59,648 nucleotides of DNA, filler included, from Chthonomonadaceae bacterium (GCA_035650735.1; 4 parts of 4 records of this genome joined end to end with filler, not necessarily neighbours in it), one strand, 5' to 3'; positions 28,376 through 39,824 are shown, counted from the whole stretch's first letter. Notes: a model not told the origin generated them from the letters alone. Made by a program: numbers and translations.

Positions 28376-31300
28376 CTAGGAGAAACCAGCACGCCCATCC
28401 GTATTTGTGTAGAACCGCTGGTGGAAAATGCGGCGTACCTCTTGCATGTGCGCGCGAACATCTGCCCACAGGCGTGTTTCTGCCGTCGCCTGGGCGTCCT
28501 CCGCATAGCCGAGCAGACAGGCGAGCGCGCGCTGGCGGTGCGGATCGGTGGGCAGGACGTCCTGCGGCGTGCCGGTTTGCAGATAGAGCGCATTGCGCAG
28601 GCGCGACAGAAGGCAATACGTAGCCGAGAGCACATCGGCTTCGGCGTTATCCAGCAGGCGCGCGGAGGCCAGCGCGGAGAGCGCACGCAGCGTATTGGAG
28701 ATGCGCAGGCCCGGATGGTTCGGGCCGTGCAGCAGTTGAAGCCGCTGGGCCAGCCACTCAATATCGCTCAGGCCGCCATAGCCTAGCTTGAGATCGGTTT
28801 CCCGCTCGGCAGGTTTCAGGCGCTCCGTTTCAATGCGCCGCTTCATCGCCTGTATCGCCGCATCTTCCTCCGGCGTCAGGCCGCGCCCGAAACTAACGGC
28901 GTGCAATATCCGCTCAAAGCGCTGCCCGACCGCCGGGTTGCCCGCCACAAAGCCAGCCTTGAGTGCCGCCTGCCGCTCCCAGGTTTCGCCCGCCGTGCGG
29001 TAGTATTCGATGAAGCCGCGCAGGGAATGGATCAGCGCGCCTTTGCGACCCCAGGGACGCAGCCGCAGGTCTATCTCGACGTTTGCGCCGCGCGGGACCA
29101 GCGCCTTGCCCGCTGCAATCACGCGCTCGACCAGAGTATTGACCAGCGCAAAACGCTCCGCACTGCGCGCCGCCTCGCCCCGTTGACGCTCCTCATCATA
29201 GACAAAGACGACGTCCCAGTCGCTGCTATAACCAAGTTCTGCGCCGCCCAGCTTCCCCAGGCCGACGACGGCGACCCGGCTCAGGGCGCGGCGCGCAAAT
29301 TCCGGGTCGGGATGGGCCACAACCAACGGCTCGGCGCAAATATCCAGTAGGGTTTGCAGAGTCACGGCGGCCAGGTGGCTCAATTCCGCCATCGTCTCGG
29401 TGACGTCGGCTTCTTCCCAGATATCGCGCGCCCCAATGCGTAGGGTTTCCCGCTGGTAGAGGCGAGCCACGGCATCTAATTTCGCCTCAAAGCGCTTCGC
29501 TCCCTGCACGCGCTCTCTGAATTCTGCGCCTAACCCCCCGTCCCCCTTCCCTGGAAGGGAAGGGGGTGGCCCAGGCTGGCGCGTTCCACCGTTTTGCTGT
29601 TGCAAAAGCGCGTGGGCAGAAGTCTGGGAAGGAACGTACAAGCTCGTGTCCCCCCCTTCCCTTCCAGGGAAGGGGGACGGGGGGTTAGGTTCCTCCTCCG
29701 GGCTAAACAGCATCTCCATCCATTCCAGGTGGCGTGTCAGGCGCTTGAGCAAGGGCGGAGAGGCAGCAGCAAGCTGGACGAGCCGCTCCATAAACTCCGG
29801 GCTATCGTCAAAAGAGGCATAGAGCTGGGCGCGATTGGGAACGGCCAGCGCGACCGCTTCGATGCCTGCCAGTCCCGCATCCGGGTCAGGAGAGCGCTCC
29901 AGCAGAGCCATCAGGCGCGGCGCAATCGCCTTGAACTCGACCGGCGTATCCGGGGGCATCTCCCCGAACTCGTTGCCGCGCATGGGCAGTTGCAGGGCGC
30001 GCAGCGCATTGGGAATATCCCGAAAGCCCGCTTCCCGCAGCCGCGCCGCCAGGCGCTCCTGAGCGGCGGGCGCATCAATATTATCAAGCAGGTCGTTGAT
30101 GTCATCCCATGCTGACGTCGGAGATGATATGGGCGGCACGACGCTGGCGCCCGCCGACTGATTATAGAAAAGCCGTATCAGGTGAGCGTGCAGGCGTTCT
30201 CGTCTGCGGCTCAGGTCGGCTTCAAAGGCTTCTAGATCCACAAAGCCCATGCGGCGGGACACACGCAGGCGCTCACGTACATTGCCTGGCGGGGGCAGCG
30301 TCTGCGTCTGGAAGCCGTGCAGCAATTGGAGGCGGTGTTCGAGCGTACGAAGAAACTGGTAGTCGTCGGCCAGCTCGTGGGCCTCAGTATCGGTGAGCAG
30401 CCGGGCATGGTGCAGACGCTGGATGGCCGTCAAGGTATTGGCAGTCCGAAGGCGAGGCCGCACGCCGCCGAACTCCAACTGCAAAAGTTGGACAATAAAC
30501 TCCACGTCGCGAATGCCGCCGTAGCCGGTTTTGATATTAGTGAGCGCCTGACCTTCCAGCGCGCACTTCTGCTCGATACGCCGCTTGTTGGCGCGGATAT
30601 CCCCCACAAAGGCGGTGGTGACGTGACGGCGATAGACGAACGGAGCGATCATCTCCATAAACGCCTCGCCGAGCGTGCGGTCGCCGCCGACACAGCGCGC
30701 CTTGATCAGCGCCTGCCACTCCCAGTTCTCGGCCCAGCTTTCGTAGTAGGCGCGATAGCTGCCGAGCGAGCGAGTCAGCGTCCCAAAGCGGCCCTCCGGG
30801 CGCAGGCGCATGTCCACGCGAAACACATGGCCGCTGGCGGTGTCCTCGGCGAGAACTTTCACTATCGTTTCGGCAAGCCGTCTCAGGTAGGCCGACGTCT
30901 CCATGCGCCGCCCGTCCGCCAGAAGGATTTCGGCGGGCAGAGAGTCGCCATGGACGAACATCAGATCGATATCGCTGCTATAGTTAAGCTCCTGGCCGCC
31001 CAGCTTGCCCATGCCGATGATAGCGAAGGGCAGGGAAGGGGCGTCCGGTGCCGTAGGAAGCATGGCGAGGGCGATATCGTAGGCTTTCTGGATGCAGGCG
31101 TCGGCGAGATTGGAGAATTCGCGGGCGGTGGAGGGCATGTCGGCCAGACCGACCAGATCACGCACGCCAATACGCAGCATCTCCCGCGCCTTCCAGCGGC
31201 GGAGGACATCGCGCTTGAGTTCGGGGCGCTGGCAGATATCCACCAGGGCGGAGACCTCGCGATAGAGCGTCGCCGCCGTTTTCGTCCCGCCGCGCACGCC

Positions 31301-31663
31301 CGGATTGGCGATAATCTCGAAATACTCCGGCTGGCGGGCTAGAAGATCGGCGAAGTATTGGCTGCTGCCGGTGACCAGACAGAAGAGATCGAGGGCGATA
31401 GGATGACGTATCAGGGTCTGTAGGTGAGAGTAGCGGCCTCCAACAGCAGCGAACCAGCGGGTAAAGCTGTTCAGGGCGCGGTCGGGATCGGGACTGCCGC
31501 GCAGGGCATTGAGCAGCAGGGGCAGCAGCGGGGCGAGGTCATCATCGGTCACCCCGCCTCCAGCCAGATCGCGCAAAAATCGCTGCGCCCGTGCTACATC
31601 TTCCAGACCCGCCGCGCGCAGGTCCGACTCGGTCAATTGGTCAGGCGTTCGTGGGGCAATCAA
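28376..31663 (-). CDS. glnE: Bifunctional glutamine synthetase adenylyltransferase/adenylyl-removing enzyme
   Basis: Two nucleotidyltransferase halves: GMGKLGGQELNYSSDIDL / RVDMRLRPEG and GLGKLGGAELGYSSDWD / IDLRLRP. Confidence 0.95.
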   Translation of the reverse strand: MIAPRTPDQLTESDLRAAGLEDVARAQRFLRDLAGGGVTDDDLAPLLPLLLNALRGSPDPDRALNSFTRWFAAVGGRYSHLQTLIRHPIALDLFCLVTGSSQYFADLLARQPEYFEIIANPGVRGGTKTAATLYREVSALVDICQRPELKRDVLRRWKAREMLRIGVRDLVGLADMPSTAREFSNLADACIQKAYDIALAMLPTAPDAPSLPFAIIGMGKLGGQELNYSSDIDLMFVHGDSLPAEILLADGRRMETSAYLRRLAETIVKVLAEDTASGHVFRVDMRLRPEGRFGTLTRSLGSYRAYYESWAENWEWQALIKARCVGGDRTLGEAFMEMIAPFVYRRHVTTAFVGDIRANKRRIEQKCALEGQALTNIKTGYGGIRDVEFIVQLLQLEFGGVRPRLRTANTLTAIQRLHHARLLTDTEAHELADDYQFLRTLEHRLQLLHGFQTQTLPPPGNVRERLRVSRRMGFVDLEAFEADLSRRRERLHAHLIRLFYNQSAGASVVPPISSPTSAWDDINDLLDNIDAPAAQERLAARLREAGFRDIPNALRALQLPMRGNEFGEMPPDTPVEFKAIAPRLMALLERSPDPDAGLAGIEAVALAVPNRAQLYASFDDSPEFMERLVQLAAASPPLLKRLTRHLEWMEMLFSPEEEPNPPSPFPGREGGDTSLYVPSQTSAHALLQQQNGGTRQPGPPPSLPGKGDGGLGAEFRERVQGAKRFEAKLDAVARLYQRETLRIGARDIWEEADVTETMAELSHLAAVTLQTLLDICAEPLVVAHPDPEFARRALSRVAVVGLGKLGGAELGYSSDWDVVFVYDEERQRGEAARSAERFALVNTLVERVIAAGKALVPRGANVEIDLRLRPWGRKGALIHSLRGFIEYYRTAGETWERQAALKAGFVAGNPAVGQRFERILHAVSFGRGLTPEEDAAIQAMKRRIETERLKPAERETDLKLGYGGLSDIEWLAQRLQLLHGPNHPGLRISNTLRALSALASARLLDNAEADVLSATYCLLSRLRNALYLQTGTPQDVLPTDPHRQRALACLLGYAEDAQATAETRLWADVRAHMQEVRRIFHQRFYTNTDGRAGFS
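29529..29689. repeat. REPIN-like element translated in frame within glnE
   Basis: Perfect 38-bp inverted repeats CCTAACCCCCCGTCCCCCTTCCCTGGAAGGGAAGGGGG; encodes PNPPSPFPGREGG...PSLPGKGDGGLG. Confidence 0.92.
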
Positions 31664-31794
31664 CGACTCTCTTCCTCAATCCAGAGATGCAGCAGTTCTG
31701 CGCCTATTAGCATACCAGGAAGACGCTATTTTTGCCAGCCCTGCTGCTATTTCTAGCTAGCGAGCAAGCTGGGCGAATTCTGGCCCGCAGAAAC

Positions 31795-31835
31795 AAAAAA
31801 CCGGAAGGCGCTCCCAGGAGCGAAACCTTCCGGCT
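31795..31835 (-). terminator. Intrinsic terminator-like hairpin upstream of glnE
   Basis: AAAAAA-CCGGAAGG...CCTTCCGG gives a hairpin plus U-tract on the minus strand. Confidence 0.5.
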
Positions 31836-31994
31836 GATGATACGCGCGGTTGAACCTCTTTCAGTTACAGAGAAAGGTTTTGTGTGGACCCTGCCTCACT
31901 TAGCCCTGCTTGCCTGCCTGCCTCTTGCTCACCCAACCTATCGACCTGGGATGCTGCCTTAAGTCCCACAGGCATCCAGAAAAACCCTGCGGTC

Positions 31995-32094
31995 NNNNNN
32001 NNNNNNNNNNNNNNNNNNNNNNNNNNNNNNNNNNNNNNTTAATTAATTAANNNNNNNNNNNNNNNNNNNNNNNNNNNNNNNNNNNNNNNNNNNN
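31995..32094. other. Artificial contig spacer
   Basis: N44-TTAATTAATTAA-N44. Confidence 0.97.
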
Positions 32095-32323
32095 CGAGCC
32101 CAAAGCCTCTAATATCCAATCCGGCGAATTTCTTCCCATATGCGCTGCACCTTGAGGTAGCCATACGATAAGTATTCCCTCGGACTTGATATAATGAGCG
32201 GCTGGCCTATCTCCTCAAGAGGACCCAAGTGCATCCCACGCTCTAGAATTGGCGGAGGGGATGGGGGTGGGGCGAGAAGGAAGCAGCCTGTCGCATGGAA
32301 GGGATAGAGAGGAGAACCGACTG

Positions 32324-33307
32324 GTGAATCTCGTCACGTTGTTGGCCGTTTTCCTGAGCCTGGTCTATATGAGCTTACACGCTGCCCCGCAGGCATCCGC
32401 GCCGCCTAGAACCCTGGCGGAGCGCCTGGGCTACAAAGCGACGGACAAGCTGCTCATTATCCATGCCGACGACGTGGGCATGTGCCATTCCGTCAATGCG
32501 GCCACCATTCAGGCGATGGAAAAGGGCGTGGTGACGTGCGCCAGCATTATGGTGCCCTGTCCCTGGATGCCCGAGATCGCCGCTTACTGCCGCGATCACC
32601 CCGACGCCGACTTTGGCCTGCACCTGACTCTCAACAGCGAATGGAAATACTATCGCTGGCGGCCGGTGGCGCCGGGCACGGAGGTTGCGAGCCTGCTGGA
32701 TGCGGAGGGTTTCCTGCCGCGCACGGTGCTGGAGGTCGCCGCCCACGCCCGGCCCGCCGAAGTCGAGAAGGAGGTGCGCGCCCAGATCGCGCGTGCCCGC
32801 GCCTTCGGCATCCGCCCCACGCATGTGGATTCCCATATGGGAACCCTCTTTTTTCGTGCGTTTTTTCCCATCTATACGCGGGCCGCCAGGGAGTCCGGCC
32901 TGGTGCCTATGCTGCCCGGCCCGACCCCGGAGCGCATCCAGCAGGCCAAACTGCTGGGCCTGGATATGCCCGCCATCTATGCAGCGCTGACCCGGGAGGG
33001 CTTCGTCTTCCTGGATGCGCTGTACGAGAACGCGCAGGGGGATACCCTGGAGGCCCGCCGCCAGCACTACTACGATCTGTTCCGCCGCCTGAAGCCGGGA
33101 GTCACCGAGATCATCGTCCACCTCAGCCTCAACGACGACGAGATACGCCACATCACCTCCAGCTGGGAGGCCCGTTGGAACGAGTACCAGATCTTCACCG
33201 ACCCCCGCACCAAAGAACTCCTGGACTCGCTGGGCATCAAGCTTATCGGCTACCGGCAGTTGCGCGCGCTGGCTTTCCAGCCGCCGGCAAGTAGCCCCGC
33301 GCCCTAG
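32324..33307 (+). CDS. ChbG/YdjC-family deacetylase, secreted
   Basis: IIHADDVG, GLHLTL, THVDSHMG, EIIVH; GAGGAG RBS before GTG; signal-like N-terminus. Confidence 0.87.
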   Translation: MNLVTLLAVFLSLVYMSLHAAPQASAPPRTLAERLGYKATDKLLIIHADDVGMCHSVNAATIQAMEKGVVTCASIMVPCPWMPEIAAYCRDHPDADFGLHLTLNSEWKYYRWRPVAPGTEVASLLDAEGFLPRTVLEVAAHARPAEVEKEVRAQIARARAFGIRPTHVDSHMGTLFFRAFFPIYTRAARESGLVPMLPGPTPERIQQAKLLGLDMPAIYAALTREGFVFLDALYENAQGDTLEARRQHYYDLFRRLKPGVTEIIVHLSLNDDEIRHITSSWEARWNEYQIFTDPRTKELLDSLGIKLIGYRQLRALAFQPPASSPAP

Positions 33308-33370
33308 TCTGGCCCTCAAGAAAAGGAGAGCAAGAGGCACTAGACCCGCCAAAGAGGAGAGCTAAAGGGG

Positions 33371-34180
33371 TCAGTGGTGCAGGAAGAGGGAAAGGGCCAG
33401 CCCAAAGCCGATGAGGATGATGATGCGGCGCACGTTCCGCTGTCCGAGGCGTCGGGCCGTCCCCGCGCCGCCGTAGCCGCCCAGAATGGCTCCTGCCGCC
33501 ATCAGCAGAGCAATGCGCCAGTCCACCAGCCGATTGACCATGAACATCAGGGCGGCGACGGCGTTGATGCACAACCCGTTGATATTCTTGAGGCCGTTCA
33601 TGCGGTGTATATTGGTGAACCCCATGAACCCCAGCGCTGCCAGCATGAGAATGCCGATGCCCGCCCCGAAGTAGCCGCCGTAGATCGCCACCAGGAACTG
33701 AAACACCATCACGCCCACCCAGGAACTCAGGGGCAGCGTATCCTCCTCGACGCTTCTCCGCTGGGCCGTCTGCAGGCCCGCCTGCGCCGCGCGGGCGCGC
33801 TGGTAGCGGGCAAACGGCTCCTGCAGCATAAATAGGACGGTCGCCAGCAGGATGAGATAGGGCACGATGTTAGCGAAGGTTTTGGCGGGCGTATGCAGCA
33901 GCAGCAGCGCGCCCACATAGCCGCCGAGAAAACTGGGCACGGCCAGGGCCACAATCGCTTTGCGGCTCTGGCCGATCTCCTTGCGGTAGCCCCACAGACT
34001 GCCAAGCTGGCCGGGCCAGAGCGCGACCGTGCTGGTCGCATTAGCAATGATGGCCGCAAAATTGGCCCACAGCAGCGCCGGAAACGTCAGCAGCGTTCCG
34101 CCGCCCGCCACCGAGTTGACGGCCCCGCCGAGCGCCGCCGCGCCGAAGAGGACCAGGGAGTGTATCCAATCCAGAGACAT
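33371..34180 (-). CDS. Sulfite exporter TauE/SafE family membrane protein
   Basis: NSVAGGG, ANATST, YGGYFGAGIG, NGLKN. Confidence 0.9.
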   Translation of the reverse strand: MSLDWIHSLVLFGAAALGGAVNSVAGGGTLLTFPALLWANFAAIIANATSTVALWPGQLGSLWGYRKEIGQSRKAIVALAVPSFLGGYVGALLLLHTPAKTFANIVPYLILLATVLFMLQEPFARYQRARAAQAGLQTAQRRSVEEDTLPLSSWVGVMVFQFLVAIYGGYFGAGIGILMLAALGFMGFTNIHRMNGLKNINGLCINAVAALMFMVNRLVDWRIALLMAAGAILGGYGGAGTARRLGQRNVRRIIILIGFGLALSLFLHH

Positions 34181-34529
34181 TCAGGAGCGTTCTTTCCACC
34201 TAGGTAATCCCTCCCAACGGTGTGGACGTATCTCCTCAGCAGCAGGCTGCTTGAGATTGATCCACACGGCTGGAAGTGTCTACCTCCACCTATAGAAAAA
34301 TAAGAAACCCCATAGTAGTCCATCCAGGTAGAACGTTGGCATAGCCTTGAGATAGACGGAATGCTAGGCTTATCTCATTACCCATACAAACTTTCTACCT
34401 TGAAGGAGTATTAGTAGGTCGATCTATCCCAATCCGGGCTGTGGAGCGTAGGCGTATCCACACCATTGGGGAGGGCTACCGGCAAAATACGGGCGCAGGA
34501 GGATTCGGCATGTGGAACGCGGAGTCCTG

Positions 34530-34856
34530 CTATTCGGGGATGCGTAATCGGCGCTCGTTGGGCCGCTGCCAGCCGAGCTTGCGCGCCTCCCGCTCAAAGC
34601 CCTGCTGCGTCTCCAGCGTCTTGATCTCTTTGCGGGCGCGCTGGTTTTGCAGGCGGTAGATCAGGATCTGGCGTTCAAGATCGTCGTTGGCGTCGCGTAG
34701 GTGTGCCGCCAATAGAAAGGGACGCGCGGCCAGCATGCCCTGCCAGGCCGAGAGCAGACAGAAGAGGATGCCGCAGGCGATCAGGCCGATACGCCCGCGC
34801 CTGGAAGTGCGGCGGGGAGGCTTGGGTTGGGAGGGAGGGTAGTCTATAGCAGGCAC
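34530..34856 (-). CDS. Septum formation initiator-like protein (FtsB/DivIC/FtsL-like)
   Basis: One TM helix, coiled coil, EREARKLGW.RPNE tail; downstream of eno/pyk. Confidence 0.7.
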   Translation of the reverse strand: MPAIDYPPSQPKPPRRTSRRGRIGLIACGILFCLLSAWQGMLAARPFLLAAHLRDANDDLERQILIYRLQNQRARKEIKTLETQQGFEREARKLGWQRPNERRLRIPE

Positions 34857-34857
34857 C

Positions 34858-36333
34858 TTAATCCGTTGGTAGCGCGGGCTTAGGATCGAGCGGCTGCCCG
34901 ACCGTATGCACCTTGATGAGATTGGTCGTTCCGGGATTATTGACTGGAACGCCCGCCGTCAGAATCACGCGGTCACCCGCCCTAACGAAGCACTGCCGTT
35001 GGGCTGCCTCGATGGTGGCAAGCAGCATCGTATCGGTATCGGCCACCGGGCCGATCAGCACCGGGTCCACGCCCCAGATCAGCGCCAGCTGCCGATAGGT
35101 CGTCTCGGTGGTCGTCACGCCCAGGATCGGGACGTTGGGCCGGTATTTGGCGACCATGCGCGCGGTACCGCCGCTGGTCGTCGCGCAGAGGATGGCGCGG
35201 GCATCCAGATCGCAGGCGATCTGGCCGGAGGCGCGCGCTACCACCTCGGTCACGTTGTTAGCCGGTTGGAGCAGGCGGTCGTATTCTGCCTTGTGGAACA
35301 GCGCCTCCTCGGCGCGATGGGCGATGCGCGCCATCGTCCGCACGGCCTCGACCGGGAACTGCCCCACCGCCGTCTCGCCGGAGAGCATCACCGCGTCCGT
35401 GCCGTCCAGGATGGCGTTGGCGACATCGGTGGCCTCAGCGCGGGTCGGGCGGGAGTTCTGGATCATACTCTCCAGCATCTGGGTTGCCGTGATGACCGGC
35501 TTGCCGGCGCGGTTGCACTTGCCGATCAGGCGCTTCTGGACGAGAGGCACCTCATCGAAGGGCATCTCCACGCCCAGGTCGCCGCGCGCCACCATAATCC
35601 CGTCCACCGCCTCCAGGATCGAGTCGAGATTGCGCACGGCCTCCCGCTTTTCTATCTTGGCGATCAGGGGCACACACCGCCCGGCCTGCGCCATGATCTC
35701 CCGCAGCGGCTCCAGGTCGGCGGCGCAGCGCACATAGGACGCGGCCACCCAATCCACGCCCTGCGCCAGCCCGAACCGCAGGTCGTCCTTATCCTTCTCT
35801 GTCACGGCGGGCACGGCAATGTGGACGCCCGGCGCGGTCACGCCCTTGTGCGGCTTGAGCTCTCCGCCGACCAGGCAGCGCGCCCAGACGATGCGGCGCG
35901 GATCGTGGGGCTCGCCCTCGGTGCGCACCACGCGCAGCGCGATCTTGCCGTCGTCGAGCAGGAGGGTGTTGCCGGGCTTGAGGGCTGTCAGCAGCTCCGG
36001 CACGGACAGCGGCAAGACCGGGCCGGCGCCATCCGATGCCTCCACATTCTCTGCCGCAAAGCCGACCTCCTGCCCACGTTTGAGCGTCACAGAGGGTACA
36101 CCGAACGCGCCGAGGCGCACCTTGGGGCCGGATAGGTCTTGCAAGATCGCCAGCGGCTTGCCCATGCGCTGCGCCAGGTCGCGCAGGCTGGCAATGACCC
36201 GCGCATGCTCTTCGTGGGTACCGTGCGAGAAGTTGAGCCGGGCCACGTCCATGCCGGCGCGCAGCAGCTTCTCCAGCACGGCGCGCGGGCTGCTGGCCGG
36301 GCCGATGGTGCAGACGATTTTGGTGCGTGGCAA
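34858..36333 (-). CDS. pyk: Pyruvate kinase
   Basis: RTKIVCTIGPAS, RLNFSHG, IMVARGDLGVE, ATQMLESM, MLSGETA. Confidence 0.97.
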   Translation of the reverse strand: MPRTKIVCTIGPASSPRAVLEKLLRAGMDVARLNFSHGTHEEHARVIASLRDLAQRMGKPLAILQDLSGPKVRLGAFGVPSVTLKRGQEVGFAAENVEASDGAGPVLPLSVPELLTALKPGNTLLLDDGKIALRVVRTEGEPHDPRRIVWARCLVGGELKPHKGVTAPGVHIAVPAVTEKDKDDLRFGLAQGVDWVAASYVRCAADLEPLREIMAQAGRCVPLIAKIEKREAVRNLDSILEAVDGIMVARGDLGVEMPFDEVPLVQKRLIGKCNRAGKPVITATQMLESMIQNSRPTRAEATDVANAILDGTDAVMLSGETAVGQFPVEAVRTMARIAHRAEEALFHKAEYDRLLQPANNVTEVVARASGQIACDLDARAILCATTSGGTARMVAKYRPNVPILGVTTTETTYRQLALIWGVDPVLIGPVADTDTMLLATIEAAQRQCFVRAGDRVILTAGVPVNNPGTTNLIKVHTVGQPLDPKPALPTD

Positions 36334-36420
36334 GCGCCTATCCCCTTAAAACGAGTCAATGGGGTAGTAAGATCCTAAGGAAACCAGGGACCAATTCACT
36401 TATTTACCTATGGATCGCGT

Positions 36421-36681
36421 TTATCCTGCCGAAGTTTCTTCCGCCATGCCAACCAGGATAGCTCGAACAAAGGGATCGTTCTTAATGCGCCGCTGCATTT
36501 CGGCACGTACCGCCGCGTCCACATCGGGCGGGACGCCGCTGGCCTCTGCTGCTTTGAGCCGCTCGGCATGATCTTCAAACTCCTGCCAGCGCGCCTCAAA
36601 CTCGGCCTCGCTCAGAGGGGTCTGCCCCAGCCGGTCGCAGCCTACCCGATACCAGCCATATTCACGCTCCCTGCCTGCCAT
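36421..36681 (-). CDS. Small hypothetical protein
   Basis: 86-aa ORF co-oriented between eno and pyk with a purine-rich upstream region. Confidence 0.6.
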   Translation of the reverse strand: MAGREREYGWYRVGCDRLGQTPLSEAEFEARWQEFEDHAERLKAAEASGVPPDVDAAVRAEMQRRIKNDPFVRAILVGMAEETSAG

Positions 36682-36706
36682 ACGCCGCTTCCCACTTCTT
36701 CCTTTT

Positions 36707-36916
36707 AACCACCCGCTACGCTAGAGACAGAGGAAAAACAAAACCGATTCAGACAGGGTTAACGAGATTAACTGGATTTCAACAACACAGACAAGCCAGG
36801 CTTCTCTCTCTATCAGTAATCCCGTAAATCCTGTTAATCTTGTCTTCTTTATCCCTTGGCTTTTCTCCGTGTGGCTTTTCCTCCGTGTCTCTGTGTCTCT
36901 AGCGTAGCGGGTGGTT
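36707..36916. repeat. Composite palindromic element: 23-bp perfect IR enclosing a degenerate CAGGAT-type element
   Basis: AACCACCCGCTACGCTAGAGACA ... TGTCTCTAGCGTAGCGGGTGGTT; inner GACAGGGTTAAC...GTTAATCTTGTC. Confidence 0.8.
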
Positions 36917-36923
36917 TCTTCTG

Positions 36924-38240
<1,317 letters not shown>

Positions 38241-38369
38241 CTATTGTGCGAGGGCATTAGATAGGTATCCATCTTGTTAGTCGTTATTGATGCTTCTCGC
38301 TCCTCTGGCGCATTATAACACATTCTTGAGTCCTGTGTAAACCGAATGCCGGGGCTCATTTCTCCTTGA

Positions 38370-38730
38370 GTAAGGGGAGGGGAGGGGGATAGGGCCTCTC
38401 CCATGTGTTTGACCTAACCCCCCGGCCCCCCACTGCAAGGGTCGGGCCTGCAATGGACTGCAAGGAACGCCGCTCAACGGACTGCCAGGGTCGGGGCTGC
38501 CATGGTTCGGGCCACTGCCAGGGTCGGCAAGGTTACGGCCCCTGCCTCCGCCTTGCGACACCTTGCGACACGGCTCTGCTTTGCGACACCCCTCCGCCTT
38601 GCGACCCTACGAGGGAAGGGGTGGCCCGGCTTCTCCTCTCCCCTCTACTTGGTAAGGAGAGGGGAAGGGGGTGAGGTCTGCTGGGGTAGGGCCTCTCCCC
38701 GGTTTTGGGGAGGGGCCGGAAAGGGAGAGT
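38370..38730. repeat. REP cluster containing a four-level nested 45-nt element (38432-38604)
   Basis: CCTAACCCCCCGGCCCC[L1 L2 L3..U4..R3 R2 R1]CCCTACGAGGGAAGGGG followed by CCCCTCT...AGAGGGGAAGGGGGTGAGG. Confidence 0.9.
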
Positions 38731-38758
38731 GGAGGCGAGACGCCGCACGCTCGCAAGG

Positions 38759-39655
38759 CTAGGAGGTTTTCCCGGTTGTGCCGGAAGAGGACGCTTCGGT
38801 CGGCGGCTGCATCGGGTTGGTATGGCCGCCGACGACGCTGCTGGTCGCGGTGGCCTGCTGGCGGCTCTCGCCGGTATGTTCGGTGCGCGCCCCGGCGGCC
38901 TGCGCCTGGGTGGTATGGTCTTCCCCTGCGCTGGGCGTGTAGGAAGGCCCCATCTTGTAAGCCGGATTACCTTCATGCTCGCCCGGACGGGATACCGTGC
39001 TGTGCGTGGGGGACGTGGAGCCGGCAGACGGAGCGGTCGTGGTCGTGGAAGGCGCTCCGGCCTGTATTTCCGCCGGTTGCGCCTCCGTCTGCACGGAGAC
39101 CGGCACCGTTTTGTGCGTGGTCGGATTCTGCTTGGGCAGATGGAGCTCCAGCATGCCGTTGCGGAAATTGGCGCGCACGGCGTCGGGCTTGATGTCGGCT
39201 GGCAGTGTGTACGCAAACTGATAGCGGCTGTAGCTGGAAGAGCGGCTCTGCCGGTGCTGCGTGGGCGGCTGCTGGCCTTCCTGACCGGGCGCGCCTTGCT
39301 CGAATGGAGACCGGCGTTCCGCCGTGAGCAGGATGCTATTGTCGGTCGCCTCGACGTGAATGTCTTTCGGGTCTACTCCCGGCAGCGCGGCCTGGATGGT
39401 GTATTCGGTATCGTTCTCATAGATATCCACGTCCGGCTCTATGCCGGACTGCGCGAACGTCGCCGGCAGGTTCCAGTTCCAGAGATCCGGCAGGCTGCGG
39501 CCGAAGAAGGCGCCCATCAGGGTATCCATGCGGCGGCGCAAATCCTCCATCTCACGCCAGGGGTCGAAGCCGGCTAACGCACCCTGGCCGCGCGGTCGGG
39601 CCAGAGCGCCCTGCGGACGGCGCGACAGCGCGCCACCTTGATCTCTCGCGTTCAT
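38759..39655 (-). CDS. Hsp20/alpha-crystallin family protein with long S/T/A-rich C-terminal tail
   Basis: PDVDIYE, LPGV...DI.V, ANFRNGMLELHLPK; GAGGAGG RBS. Confidence 0.88.
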   Translation of the reverse strand: MNARDQGGALSRRPQGALARPRGQGALAGFDPWREMEDLRRRMDTLMGAFFGRSLPDLWNWNLPATFAQSGIEPDVDIYENDTEYTIQAALPGVDPKDIHVEATDNSILLTAERRSPFEQGAPGQEGQQPPTQHRQSRSSSYSRYQFAYTLPADIKPDAVRANFRNGMLELHLPKQNPTTHKTVPVSVQTEAQPAEIQAGAPSTTTTAPSAGSTSPTHSTVSRPGEHEGNPAYKMGPSYTPSAGEDHTTQAQAAGARTEHTGESRQQATATSSVVGGHTNPMQPPTEASSSGTTGKTS

Positions 39656-39824
39656 GATGCCTGATCCTCCTCATTGAGACGTTGTGACAAATTTGCCGAT
39701 CACACGACGTTTCGGCAAAGGGTCGCACAGGCAGTGTGATGCGGGGCAAAACAGGATCTTCACCGTATAAATTCATACGAGGACGCTAGCGGAAAGTTTC
39801 CGAGTGGATATAAAGCCAAAAACC

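Noticed and set aside
31840..32250. Gene fragments or RNA at the contig ends flanking the second spacer
   Set aside because: Too short and truncated to assign.
38432..38604. 24-25 nt periodic ACTGC..GG units read as a CRISPR array
   Set aside because: No constant repeat/unique spacer alternation and no cas genes; left and right halves pair in nested order.
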